64,000 bases of DNA from Eubacteriales bacterium (GTDB lineage: Bacteria; Bacillota; Clostridia; Oscillospirales; SIG627), in contig JAZSDQ010000098.1 in the NCBI GenBank assembly GCA_045531235.1, positions 8,554 to 72,553 of the forward strand, read 5' to 3'. The notes beneath the pieces are model-generated. The model searched no databases. It was given only the letters and a program-made list of their open reading frames with translations, and was not told the DNA's origin. Both the position numbers and the translations under genes were made by a program. Each line of letters starts with the position of its first letter. The first letter of the stretch is position 1. Of the stretch, positions 46,221 through 55,496 are shown piece after piece.

Positions 46221-46295
46221 TGCCCGTGTAGCTTAAAGAGAGCGTTTTGATCGGCAACGATCTAAAAGGGTGACGGTGCAAGTCCGTTCTGGGCA
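46221..46295 (+). ncRNA. 75-nt cloverleaf (tRNA-like) structured element; not a functional tRNA
   Basis: Hand fold. P1 pairs 46221-46226 with 46090+200 region 46290-46295. A D-like hairpin is GCTT-AAAGA-GAGC. A long hairpin is capped by the GNRA tetraloop GCAA. A T-arm-like hairpin is GACGG-TGCAAGT-CCGTT. Confidence 0.3.
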
Positions 46296-46323
46296 ATTTT
46301 ATTAATTTTACGAGGTATGGCAA

Positions 46324-46602
46324 ATGTACGAAGACAAGACACTGGTATGCAAGGATTGTGGCTGCGAATTCGTTTTCACCGCAGGTGAACAGGAATTCTA
46401 CGCTGAGAAAGGATTCCAGAACGAACCCCAGAGATGCAAACCCTGCAGAGACGCAAAGAAGAACGCTTCCAGACAGGCAAGAGAGTATTTCACTACCACT
46501 TGCGCTAACTGCGGCAAGGAAGCAAAAGTTCCCTTCCAGCCCACCAGCGATCGCCCTGTTTACTGCAGCGATTGCTTCGCAGCAATGAAAGAGAACAACT
46601 AA
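46324..46602 (+). CDS. Zinc-ribbon domain protein (two CxxC...CxxC units)
   Basis: 92 aa. CKDCGCEF...CKPCRD and CANCGKE...CSDCF. Confidence 0.7.
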   Translation: MYEDKTLVCKDCGCEFVFTAGEQEFYAEKGFQNEPQRCKPCRDAKKNASRQAREYFTTTCANCGKEAKVPFQPTSDRPVYCSDCFAAMKENN

Positions 46603-46607
46603 TTTCT

Positions 46608-46640
46608 AAAAAAGAACCACCGACGGTGGTTCTTTTTTTT
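46608..46640 (+). terminator. Terminator after the zinc-ribbon gene
   Basis: GAACCACC-GAC-GGTGGTTC followed by T8. Confidence 0.8.
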
Positions 46641-46690
46641 GCAATTTTCTTCTGTTTAGATAAAAAAGGGCCCTTTCGGGAGCTTTGTTC

Positions 46691-48208
46691 TTATACTTCT
46701 TCTACGTTGATGTAGCTCTGGTAATCTGCAAGAGCAGTACGAGCTGCCTGTACGCGGGAAGTGTAGGTAGATACGAGAGTATCATAGTTAATGTCGGTAC
46801 CGGGAATATCTTTTCCATTGTTAGAACCAACTTCAGAAAATACCTGGATCTTACCGAAGTTGTAACCAACTACGGGATCGTAGATCTTGTTCTTCAGTGC
46901 CATCTCCAACATTCTGGGGGAATCGTCATCACGAACTGCCTGCTTCATAACAACCTGATCGTAGAAAGCAGGAGTCAGGATCTGCATGGAGTAGTAGGAG
47001 AATGCTTCCAGGAAGTATGCTGCCTGCTCTACACCGGAATCAAAACCGTTACTTGCCCAGTCGGAAGCATTTTCAACGGTGGTAGGAATGCAGTATGCAG
47101 CAAGCTGAGAATAGCTTACAGCGTTGTAGTACTTATCCTGCTGTTCGTTAAGCTTGGGCAGGGGGAGAATACCGTAATCAAAAGGAACCTTACCGGCATT
47201 CATCAAAGTACCCAGGTTGCAGCAATAGAAGGTACCACGGCCTGCAGTAAACTGAGCCATCTTATCGGAAACCAAACGGGTGGGAGAAGTAATGAGGGGA
47301 CGAAGTTCTTCCCAAACAGTAAGGATCTCATCTGAGGGCTGATCGGGCAGAGTCCAGTTACCCTGAGCATCAACTTCTGCAAGGCTGACGCCACATGCCT
47401 GTACGTGGAACAGGTTGTTGCCTCTTTCACCGATATAACCAAAACGGTCTTCGGCATTATCAAAGGTGATAGCACCGTCACCGTCACCGTCTTTTGCAGT
47501 GTTGGTCATAATTTCATACATCAGATCAATGGTCCAACGGCCGGCATCTACTTCATCATAAAGGTTAAGATTTGCCTTATATTCCTTTACGTACTCCTTG
47601 TTGAAGTACATGATCCAGCAAGCTCTGTCATCCAGAGTACAGCCGTCACCATTCACAAAGAAAGTCTTGCCGGCGATATTCATACCGTAAAATCCGGCAG
47701 AATCCCACCATGCCTTGGTAAGGTCAATGGTCTTTACGTTGGTAAGGTCTGCAAGCAGATTGCTGGCTGCAAGGGTACGGGTATTTCTAACATCAGCGAA
47801 AACGAAATCAGCAACATACTCGCCTGCAGTCAAGGGATCCTTCAGTGCAGTGTGAGGTTTCGAAGTTCTGTCTTCTACGATCTTGCAGTTGTACTTATCC
47901 TCAAGCTGAGAGTTGCGGGCGTAAACGGCATCATTGATCTTGTCGCCGTTGGGAGCCTCTGCATACACTTCGTGAGTGGTCAGACCTATGGTCTGAGCAT
48001 CTCTAACCACAAAACGGAATTCGTGGTCATTCAGGTTTTTGATCTCGGCATCGTAGATCTTGCTTTCATCTTGGGTTTCTTCCTCAATGATGAGGTTTCC
48101 GCCGCCTGCGCCTTCTCCTTCGCCTTCGCCGCCACCGCAGCTGACGAAGAATACGGAACAAAGCATTACGATCGCGAGAATCAAAGAAAGGATTCTTGCT
48201 TTTTTCAT
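46691..48208 (-). CDS. Lipoprotein, extracellular solute-binding protein-like (tandem paralog 1 of 3)
   Basis: The start is trimmed to MKKARILSLILAIVMLCSVFFVSCGG (lipobox), followed by a Gly/Glu linker. The ~500-aa body resembles family-1 ABC substrate-binding proteins. The family call is by resemblance only. Confidence 0.55.
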   Translation of the reverse strand: MKKARILSLILAIVMLCSVFFVSCGGGEGEGEGAGGGNLIIEEETQDESKIYDAEIKNLNDHEFRFVVRDAQTIGLTTHEVYAEAPNGDKINDAVYARNSQLEDKYNCKIVEDRTSKPHTALKDPLTAGEYVADFVFADVRNTRTLAASNLLADLTNVKTIDLTKAWWDSAGFYGMNIAGKTFFVNGDGCTLDDRACWIMYFNKEYVKEYKANLNLYDEVDAGRWTIDLMYEIMTNTAKDGDGDGAITFDNAEDRFGYIGERGNNLFHVQACGVSLAEVDAQGNWTLPDQPSDEILTVWEELRPLITSPTRLVSDKMAQFTAGRGTFYCCNLGTLMNAGKVPFDYGILPLPKLNEQQDKYYNAVSYSQLAAYCIPTTVENASDWASNGFDSGVEQAAYFLEAFSYYSMQILTPAFYDQVVMKQAVRDDDSPRMLEMALKNKIYDPVVGYNFGKIQVFSEVGSNNGKDIPGTDINYDTLVSTYTSRVQAARTALADYQSYINVEEV

Positions 48209-48340
48209 TGTTGTTCTCCTTCTTATAATTTTATGAAATTTTGTGAATTTCAAAAGATTATTTCAATTATATCATCAAATTTCATAATTTACAATAGCTT
48301 TTTTCAAAAAAATCACTTTTTTTAATGAAATTTTGATGAC

Positions 48341-48370
48341 AAAAAAAGCACCCTTTGGGGTGCTTTTTGT
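48341..48370 (-). terminator. Terminator after paralog 2
   Basis: GCACCC-TTTG-GGGTGC flanked by an A-run and a T-run. Confidence 0.75.
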
Positions 48371-48379
48371 TTTTTATTT

Positions 48380-49891
48380 TTATACGTCTGCGGTAATGTA
48401 GCTCTGATAATCAGCAAGAGCTGTGCGAGCTGCCTGTACACGGGAAGTATAAGTAGAAACGAAGGTGTCGTAGTTTACATCGCTGCCCACGGTCTCGTTG
48501 GCAATAGAACCTACTTCACCGAAGATAGAAATCTTACCGAAGTTGTAACCGACAACGGGATCGTAGATCTTATTCTTCAGTGCGATCTCAAGCATTCTGG
48601 GAGAATCGTCGTCACGAACTGCCTGCTTCATAACCACCTGATCGTAGAAGGCAGGAGTCAGGATCTGCATAGAATAGTAGGAGAATGCTTCCAGGAAGTA
48701 TGCTGCCTGCTCTACACCGGAATCAAAACCGTTACTTGCCCAGTCGGGAGCGTTTTCAACGGTGGTGGGTATACTGTATGCGCCCAGCTGTCTGTAGCCT
48801 ACGGCATTGTAGTATTTATCCTGCTGTTCATTGAGCTTGGGCAGGGGAAGAATACCGTAGTCAAAGGTAAGATTACCGGCATTCATCAAAGTACCCAGGT
48901 TGCAGCAGTAGAAGGTGCCAAGTCCACTGGAGAAGTGAGCGATGAGCCAGGATACTTCACGGGTGGGAGAAGTGAGAAGAGGACGGAGTTTTTCCCAAAC
49001 GGTAAGAACTTCATCTTTAGGCTGATCGGGCAAGGACCAGTTACCCTTTTCATCCACTTCAGCCAAAGTAACGCCGCAAGCCTGTACGTGGAAAATGTTG
49101 TTGGAAATTTCACCGATATAGCCAAAACGGTCTTCGGGATCACCAATGGTAATAGCGCCGTCACCGTTGCCGTCTTTCGCAGTGTTGATCATAATATCAT
49201 ACATCATATCAACAGTCCAACGGCCTGCATCTACTTCGTCGTAAAGATTAAGGTCAGCTTTGTATTCCTTTACGTAAGCCTTGTTGAAGTACATGATCCA
49301 GCAGGCTCTGTCGTCCAGGGTACAGCCGTCACCGTTGACAAAGAAGGTCTTGCCGGCGATATTCATACCGTAAAATCCGGCAGAATCCCACCAGGCCTTG
49401 GTAAGGTCAATGGTCTTGACGTTGGTAAGGTCTGCAAGCAGGTTGCTTTGCGCCAGGGTACGAAGATCGTACACACCGGTAAAGACATAGTCGGCAACAT
49501 ATTCACCTGCAGTCAAGGGATCCTTCAGTGCAGTGTGGGGCTTTGAGGTTCTGTCTTCCACAATCTTGCAGTTGTACTTGTCCTCAAGCTGAGAGTTGCG
49601 GGCGTAAACAGCGTCGTTGATCTTGTCGCCGTTGGGAGCCTCTGCAAATACCTCGTAGGTAGTCAGACCAATGGATGAAGAGGTTCTGACTACGAAGCGG
49701 AATTCGTGGTCATTCAGGTTTTTGACCTCGGCATCGTAGATCTTGCTTTCGTCTTTGGTTTCTTCCTCGATAATGAGGTTTCCGCCGCCTTTGCCATCGC
49801 CGTCGTCTTCATTGCCGCCGCAGCTGACAAAGAACACGGAGCAGAGCATAATGACCGCAAGAATCAAGGATAGGATTCTAACTTTTTTCAT
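48380..49891 (-). CDS. Lipoprotein, extracellular solute-binding protein-like (tandem paralog 2 of 3)
   Basis: MKKVRILSLILAVIMLCSVFFVSCGG. It is collinear with paralog 1 and identical over long stretches. Confidence 0.55.
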   Translation of the reverse strand: MKKVRILSLILAVIMLCSVFFVSCGGNEDDGDGKGGGNLIIEEETKDESKIYDAEVKNLNDHEFRFVVRTSSSIGLTTYEVFAEAPNGDKINDAVYARNSQLEDKYNCKIVEDRTSKPHTALKDPLTAGEYVADYVFTGVYDLRTLAQSNLLADLTNVKTIDLTKAWWDSAGFYGMNIAGKTFFVNGDGCTLDDRACWIMYFNKAYVKEYKADLNLYDEVDAGRWTVDMMYDIMINTAKDGNGDGAITIGDPEDRFGYIGEISNNIFHVQACGVTLAEVDEKGNWSLPDQPKDEVLTVWEKLRPLLTSPTREVSWLIAHFSSGLGTFYCCNLGTLMNAGNLTFDYGILPLPKLNEQQDKYYNAVGYRQLGAYSIPTTVENAPDWASNGFDSGVEQAAYFLEAFSYYSMQILTPAFYDQVVMKQAVRDDDSPRMLEIALKNKIYDPVVGYNFGKISIFGEVGSIANETVGSDVNYDTFVSTYTSRVQAARTALADYQSYITADV

Positions 49892-50017
49892 TGTCGTTCC
49901 CCTTCTTAATATTTTAAATTTTGTGAAATCCACAAGATTATCTCAATTGTATCACCAAAAATCATAATGCGCAATAGAAAATTCAAAAAATGTTTATTTT
50001 TTCTCTTTTTTTTACAC

Positions 50018-50048
50018 AAAAAAGGCACCCGAATTTCGGGTGCCTTTT
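50018..50048 (-). terminator. Terminator after paralog 3
   Basis: GGCACCCGAA-TT-TCGGGTGCC flanked by an A-run and a T-run. Confidence 0.8.
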
Positions 50049-50059
50049 CATTTGATTCC

Positions 50060-51580
50060 TTACAGTTCTGCGTTAACGAAGCTCTGGTAATCTGCAAGAG
50101 CAGTGCGAGCTGCCTGTACGCGGGAGGTGTAGGTGGAAACGAGGGTATCGTAGTTTGCATCGCTGCCTACGGTACCGTTCTTACCGGGAGTACCTACTTC
50201 AGGGAAGATATTGATCTTACCGAAGTCATAACCCAGTACGGGGTCATAGATCTTGTTGGCAACGGCAATCTCCAACATTCTGGGAGCATCGTCATCGCGG
50301 ACGGCCTGCTTGGTCAAAACCTGATCATAGAAAGCAGGAGAAAGGATCTGCATGGAGTAATAAGCAAATGCTTCCAGGAAATATGCTGCCTGCTCTACGC
50401 CGGAATCAAAGCCGTTAGATCCCCAGTCGGGAGCATTTTCAACGGTATTGGGAATGCAGTAGCAACCAAGCTGCAGATAGCTGACAGAAGTATAGTACTT
50501 ATCCTGCTGCTCGTTAAGCTTGGGCATAGGAAGAATACCGTAGTCAATGGAAAGCTTACCGGAGCCCATCAAACCGCCCAGGTTGTTGCAGTAGAAGGTA
50601 GCAAGACCGCTCCCAAAGTCACCCATAGCAGCGTTATGGATCATACGGGTATTGGTGGTGAGCACAGGACGGAGCTTTTCCCAAACAGTGAGGATCTCAT
50701 CCGTGGGCTGATCGGGGATAGTCCAGTTGCCTTCAGCGTCTACGCTGGCCAAGGTAACGCCGCAGGACTGTACGTGGTTACGGTTATTGGAACCGCCGCC
50801 GATGTAACCGAAACGGTCTTCAGGGTCACCAACGGTAATGGAACCGTCACCGTTGCCGTCTTTTGCAGTGTTGATCATGATCTCATACATAAGATCGTAG
50901 GTCCTACGGCCTGCATCTACTTCGTCGTAAAGGTTGAGAGTGGATTTGTATTCCTTAACAATGGACTTGTTGAAGTACATGATCCAAGCAGCTCTGTCAT
51001 CCAGAGTACAAGCATCGCCGGTTACGAAGAAGGTCTTACCTGCAATATTCATACCGAAAAGGCTTGCCTGGTCCCACCAAGCTTTGGAAAGGTCGATGGT
51101 TTTTACGTTGTTAAGATCTGCAAGCAGGTTGCTTCCTGCCAGACCGTGAAGGTTGGACACACCGGTGAAGATGTAATCGGTTACATACTCACCTGCAGTC
51201 AGAGGATCCTTCAGGGCAGTCTGAGGCTTTGAAGTTCTGTCTTCAACGATAATGCAGTTGTACTTTTCCTGAAGCTGAGAGTTGCGGGCGTAAACAGCAT
51301 CGTTGATCTTGTCGCCATTGGGAGCTTCGGCATACACTTCGTGAGTATCCAGAGCAACGTTGGTGCTGACATCTCTTACGGTGAAGCGGAACTCATGGCC
51401 GTTCAGGTTCTTGATCTCTGCATCGTAAATTTTGCTTTCGTCTTGGGTTTCTTCCTCAATGATGAGGTTTCCGCCGCCTTCGCCTGCGTCTTCGCCTTCA
51501 TTGCCGCCGCAGCTGACAAAGAATACGGAACAAAGCATTACGAGTGCGAGAATCAAAGAAAGGATTCTTACGTTTTTCAT
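50060..51580 (-). CDS. Lipoprotein, extracellular solute-binding protein-like (tandem paralog 3 of 3, most divergent)
   Basis: MKNVRILSLILALVMLCSVFFVSCGG. It is collinear with paralogs 1 and 2. Confidence 0.55.
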   Translation of the reverse strand: MKNVRILSLILALVMLCSVFFVSCGGNEGEDAGEGGGNLIIEEETQDESKIYDAEIKNLNGHEFRFTVRDVSTNVALDTHEVYAEAPNGDKINDAVYARNSQLQEKYNCIIVEDRTSKPQTALKDPLTAGEYVTDYIFTGVSNLHGLAGSNLLADLNNVKTIDLSKAWWDQASLFGMNIAGKTFFVTGDACTLDDRAAWIMYFNKSIVKEYKSTLNLYDEVDAGRRTYDLMYEIMINTAKDGNGDGSITVGDPEDRFGYIGGGSNNRNHVQSCGVTLASVDAEGNWTIPDQPTDEILTVWEKLRPVLTTNTRMIHNAAMGDFGSGLATFYCNNLGGLMGSGKLSIDYGILPMPKLNEQQDKYYTSVSYLQLGCYCIPNTVENAPDWGSNGFDSGVEQAAYFLEAFAYYSMQILSPAFYDQVLTKQAVRDDDAPRMLEIAVANKIYDPVLGYDFGKINIFPEVGTPGKNGTVGSDANYDTLVSTYTSRVQAARTALADYQSFVNAEL

Positions 51581-51739
51581 TCTTTTTCTCCTTTTAAAAG
51601 TTTCCCTCTTGGGATATTTCATTTTATCACAAAATATCTCCTCAGTCAACCAATTTGAAAGAGTTTACATTCACATCACATTTTCACTTTTCTTTAAAAA
51701 AACGCCTTGTTTTTTTGTTTGTTTTGCCCAAGACCCCCC

Positions 51740-52174
51740 CTATTTTCCCGTACTTCCGAAGCCTCCGCGGCCACGTTCGGTATCACAAAGCTCTTCTGCT
51801 TCAAAAAAATCTCCTTTGAGGAAAGGAGCGATCACCAGCTGAGCAATGCGATCACCGGAAAAAACCGTGCGTTCTTCCGAGGAATGATTATGAAGAGCTA
51901 CCATAATTTCTCCCCGATAATCCGCATCCACCACGCCAACCTTATTGGCAGGAGCAAGGCCGGATTTTGTCGCAAGGCCGGACCGTGCATAAATAAAGCC
52001 GCCGTAGCCCTCGGGAATTTCCATGGCAATTCCTGTATGAATCAGCTTGGTTTCCCCGGGTAAAACAGTCAGTGCTTCCTCGCACAGAGCGTAAAGATCG
52101 GCGCCTGCGGAAAAGTCCGAGCCATAGGAAGGAAGCTTTGCCTCGGGGGAAAGCTTTTTTACTGCAATCTTCAT
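51740..52174 (-). CDS. dut: dUTP diphosphatase
   Basis: 144 aa. Motifs: SAGADLYA, GVVDADYRGEI and ERGRGGFGSTG. Confidence 0.92.
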   Translation of the reverse strand: MKIAVKKLSPEAKLPSYGSDFSAGADLYALCEEALTVLPGETKLIHTGIAMEIPEGYGGFIYARSGLATKSGLAPANKVGVVDADYRGEIMVALHNHSSEERTVFSGDRIAQLVIAPFLKGDFFEAEELCDTERGRGGFGSTGK

Positions 52175-52301
52175 TTTTTCTCTCCTTTTGTGTTTGCTGT
52201 ATTCATTTTACCATCATCTCCAAAAGCGGTCAAGAAAAAAACTTTACTTCCGAGAGAATATCCGTTATAATATGGGCAGAATTGGGAAAGGTGATATTCA
52301 A

Positions 52302-53078
52302 ATGAAAAAACTTCTCTTATTTTTATCGTTACTGACGCTTCTTTGCTTTTCTTCCTGCGTCAAAGAAAGTCCGGAACCCGTTTTTTCTCCGGAAAACATT
52401 GATGAAAAGGATCGCAAAATGGTTTCTTCCGAAGAGGTCATGGGAATGAATATGGTGTTTTTTAACGATGGCACGGCAGAGATCCACGGCTTTTCCAAAG
52501 AAAACACCCAAAACGTCCTTGCGGTCCCTGAAGCCGTAGGGAATTACACCGTAACGGTTATTGCTGACGACGCCTTCAAAAACGCGCCGTATTCTTCTGT
52601 TTCCCTGCCTAAAACCGTAAAGAAGATCGGGGAAAGAGCGTTTCAAAAAAGCCTGATCAAAGAGATTACTCTTCCCGACGCTCTTACCGAGATCGGGCCG
52701 GAAGCCTTTGATAACTGCCTTCAACTGGAAAAAGTAACGTTCGGCAAAAATTTAAAACGCATTCCTACCGGCTGCTTTTTCGGCTGCAAGAACTTAACGG
52801 AGCTGAATCTTGCCGAGGGGCTTGAAAGCATTGAAGAAGAAGCCTTCGCCTCTCTTCCGGCGCTGAAAAAACTTACGTTCCCCTCTACGTTAAAGAAAAT
52901 CGGAGATTATGCCTTTTGGAATTCCGGCGCCCAAGCCCTTTTAATTTCCGTACCTGCCTCCGTGGAAAAGATCGGCGAGGAAGCCTTTGCAGGGAATCAG
53001 AAGCATAGTTTTACTTACGCAGGAGAAAACAGCGAAGTGAAAATCGCCCTCGGCCTGGCTCCCAAGGAGAGTGTATGA
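52302..53078 (+). CDS. Leucine-rich repeat (BspA-type) lipoprotein
   Basis: The start is trimmed to MKKLLLFLSLLTLLCFSSC (lipobox). It has repeated units of the form xLxxIGxxAFxxCxxL. Confidence 0.7.
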   Translation: MKKLLLFLSLLTLLCFSSCVKESPEPVFSPENIDEKDRKMVSSEEVMGMNMVFFNDGTAEIHGFSKENTQNVLAVPEAVGNYTVTVIADDAFKNAPYSSVSLPKTVKKIGERAFQKSLIKEITLPDALTEIGPEAFDNCLQLEKVTFGKNLKRIPTGCFFGCKNLTELNLAEGLESIEEEAFASLPALKKLTFPSTLKKIGDYAFWNSGAQALLISVPASVEKIGEEAFAGNQKHSFTYAGENSEVKIALGLAPKESV

Positions 53079-53467
53079 TCCTTTTTGTTTGTGTTGATAA
53101 AGAAGACGGAATGCTGCTTTGCGGCAGACGGCAATCCAAAGATAAATTGTTGCGGGAAAGAATGTTAACTCTCGCCAAAGAAAGCCGCCTTTTGGTCAAT
53201 TCCTTTACGGCAAAGCAATTTGAAGAAGAAGGCTTCGTCCTTGCAGAGGATCCTATAAGCGAAGCGAAAGCGGGAGATTTTGTTTTTCTCGAAAACCTTC
53301 CGTTCCCCCAAGATGCAGTGGAAAAAATTATTCTCTACCACTGGAACCGCCGTTACCCTGCCGACCGATTTTTCGATCGCAAGCTGCTGTGCGGCAGAAA
53401 AAAAGTAAAAACGACCTTTTTCCCCGGCTCCTCTCACGAAAAGATCACCGAGGAGATCTGGGAATAA
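53075..53467 (+). CDS. Hypothetical protein
   Basis: 130 aa. Its start overlaps the LRR gene stop in ATGA. I recognise no motif. Confidence 0.4.
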   Translation: MILFVCVDKEDGMLLCGRRQSKDKLLRERMLTLAKESRLLVNSFTAKQFEEEGFVLAEDPISEAKAGDFVFLENLPFPQDAVEKIILYHWNRRYPADRFFDRKLLCGRKKVKTTFFPGSSHEKITEEIWE

Positions 53468-53499
53468 AAAAAGCAGAGCAAATTTGCTCTGCTTTTTTT
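53466..53499. terminator. Bidirectional terminator
   Basis: AAAAAAGCAGAGCAAATTTGCTCTGCTTTTTTT. Confidence 0.85.
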
Positions 53500-54334
53500 A
53501 TAGATGCAATAAGCTTTGGGCACTGCGGAAAAGGATATCTTCTTTTTCCTCCTTCGTCAAAGGGAGATGAAGAATATCCTCTACGCTTTTCTTTTGGTGA
53601 GTCCACGGGCTGTCCGTGCCGAAAAGCACTCTTTTCGATCCAAAGCAGCGGACCAAGGAACAAAACGCTTCTTCGCTTAAAAGCTTTTTTTCTTCCTCGG
53701 AAAAGCGATCGTCGGTAGCTTCGATCATACCGAGAGAAAACGCCGTATCCAGATATACCGACGGGAACCGGGAAAGAGGCGCTACCCTGTCCCAATTCTT
53801 CCAGCCGCCCATGTGGGCAAGAACGGTTTTTACATTACCGATCGCGGAGAGCGCTGCAGCAATTTTTTCCGGCGAGGAACGGACCACACCGGGAAATCCG
53901 ATATCGTCCCCTGCATGCATCACCACCACAAGATCAAGCTCTCCTGCTTTCTCCAGAATTCTGAGAAAACGCTTGTCTTCAATATCCGCATTTTGGTATA
54001 CCGGGTGGATCTTTATGCCCTGTACCCCTTCTTTCTTCAGCCGTTCCATTTCCTCCAGAGCATTTTCACTATCGGGGTGGACGGCGCCAAAAAAGATCCG
54101 TCCGTCTTTTTTGTTTTGGGCGATGGAAACATCGTTAAGATGGGAAATTTTTAATGGGTTGGTAGCCACGGGCAAGATCACGGAAGCGGCGATGCCCGCC
54201 TCTTTCATTGAACGTTTCAAAGAAACACAAGTGCCGTCTGTAAAAGGGCGAGTGTGACTTGCGGCGGCAAGGCTTTGCACTGCCCTTTCTGCGATGGCAT
54301 CGGGGAAGGTATGTGCGTGAAAATCTATGATCAT
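53498..54334 (-). CDS. TIM-barrel metal-dependent hydrolase (amidohydrolase family), paralog of 2095-2913
   Basis: MIIDFHAHTFPDAIAERAV, IHPV, VVMHAGD and GTDSPW. Confidence 0.7.
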   Translation of the reverse strand: MIIDFHAHTFPDAIAERAVQSLAAASHTRPFTDGTCVSLKRSMKEAGIAASVILPVATNPLKISHLNDVSIAQNKKDGRIFFGAVHPDSENALEEMERLKKEGVQGIKIHPVYQNADIEDKRFLRILEKAGELDLVVVMHAGDDIGFPGVVRSSPEKIAAALSAIGNVKTVLAHMGGWKNWDRVAPLSRFPSVYLDTAFSLGMIEATDDRFSEEEKKLLSEEAFCSLVRCFGSKRVLFGTDSPWTHQKKSVEDILHLPLTKEEKEDILFRSAQSLLHL

Positions 54335-54360
54335 AATTTTTCCTTCTTCAAATAAAAAGT

Positions 54361-54386
54361 AAAAAGAGAGCCGTGGCTCTCTTTTT
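54361..54386 (-). terminator. Terminator after the AEC transporter gene
   Basis: AAAAAGAGAGCC-GT-GGCTCTCTTTTT. Confidence 0.75.
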
Positions 54387-55318
54387 CAGCATCCCCAGAG
54401 GAAGATCAGGGGAATGGTAATACAGCTGATGGCGTGGGAAACGAGGGCAAGACCCGAAGCCTTGGAAGTATCGTTGCCGTAGGCGGCGGGAATAACGATG
54501 CTGCTCAGTCCCATAGGCATGGAAAGCGTTACCAAAGCACAAACGTAATCTACTCGGACAAAAGGAATCAGCTTCGCTGCCAAAACGAAGATTACGGGAA
54601 TCACCGCAAGGCGAATAAGACTGACGGTATACACGCTGGGATCGGTAAATACGGATTTCAATTTCACATCGGCAAGGGTAATTCCCACAAGCATCATAGC
54701 CAGGGGGGACATACAGCTTTCCGTAGCGTTGATCACGTTCTGAGCAAATTCGGGAATAAAACGGCCAAGACCGAAAAGGCCGAAAACGGCACCGATGATA
54801 AGACTGATGAACATAGGGTTAAGAAAATTCTTCAGTCTTTCTTTGAAGCCGCCTTTGCCCTCGGGCATGAGAAGCGCAGGCGTTGCCCAAATGTAAATAC
54901 CCGCCCACATCGGCATGGTATAAATAACGTAATCCATATAAAATTCGGGGAAGATGGCCTTTACTACGGCGTAGCCCATAAATCCGAAATTGGAAAAACT
55001 CAGCCCGTAAGCGTAGATCTTCCGAAGGTACCCATCTTTGGTGAGAAAGCGGGAGCTGACCATAGCAACGATCACCATCACCACCATCAAAGCAATGCTG
55101 ACGAGAATACTTCTCCAGGCGGAAGACAAAGTCTTTACCGTAAACTGATTGGTAAAGGTATTAAACACCATGGCAGGCAAAAGAAGATTGTTTTCCAATT
55201 TGGAAATAACCTTTGCCGTTCCCTCGGGCAAGCCGTGGATCTTCATCAATAAAAATCCGAGAAAAATAAATGTAAAAAGATACCCCATCTGGGATAATGC
55301 CGTGAAAAAAAGCTCCAT
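54386..55318 (-). CDS. AEC (auxin efflux carrier) family transporter
   Basis: 310 aa with about 10 TM helices. N-terminus: MELFFTALSQMGYLFTFIFLGFLL. Confidence 0.7.
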   Translation of the reverse strand: MELFFTALSQMGYLFTFIFLGFLLMKIHGLPEGTAKVISKLENNLLLPAMVFNTFTNQFTVKTLSSAWRSILVSIALMVVMVIVAMVSSRFLTKDGYLRKIYAYGLSFSNFGFMGYAVVKAIFPEFYMDYVIYTMPMWAGIYIWATPALLMPEGKGGFKERLKNFLNPMFISLIIGAVFGLFGLGRFIPEFAQNVINATESCMSPLAMMLVGITLADVKLKSVFTDPSVYTVSLIRLAVIPVIFVLAAKLIPFVRVDYVCALVTLSMPMGLSSIVIPAAYGNDTSKASGLALVSHAISCITIPLIFLWGC

Positions 55319-55436
55319 AATTCTCCTCTTTTTCCGTCAAAAAAATAGATAAACCAACGGAAACCATAATATGCTCTTTCCCGGAGAAAGTCAAGCACAG
55401 AAAGAAAAGAAAAAATAATATTCTCCTGTATTCCTA

Positions 55437-55465
55437 TTGAAAAAGCCGTTTTTCAAGGTTATAAT
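55437..55465 (+). promoter_or_regulatory. Putative promoter of the MFS transporter gene
   Basis: TTGAAA, a 17-nt spacer, then TATAAT. Confidence 0.55.
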
Positions 55466-55496
55466 GTGGGCAGAGCAAGAAAAGGAGAAAAGCAAT

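Noticed and set aside
46221-46295. A genuine tRNA gene, or a ZTP or cobalamin riboswitch
   Set aside because: The arm in the anticodon position is a 9-bp hairpin with a 4-nt GNRA loop, so there is no 7-nt anticodon loop. The D-like loop lacks the conserved GG, and there is no CCA or discriminator context. The only resemblance to the ZTP riboswitch is the terminal CTGGGCA. The element is too short for a cobalamin riboswitch and lacks a B12 box.
46685-51232. Several 200-420-aa + strand ORFs (46685-47335, 47405-48325, 48935-49546, 49967-51232)
   Set aside because: All of them are antisense to the three lipoprotein paralogs. The minus-strand genes have signal peptides, lipoboxes, ribosome-binding sites and terminators.
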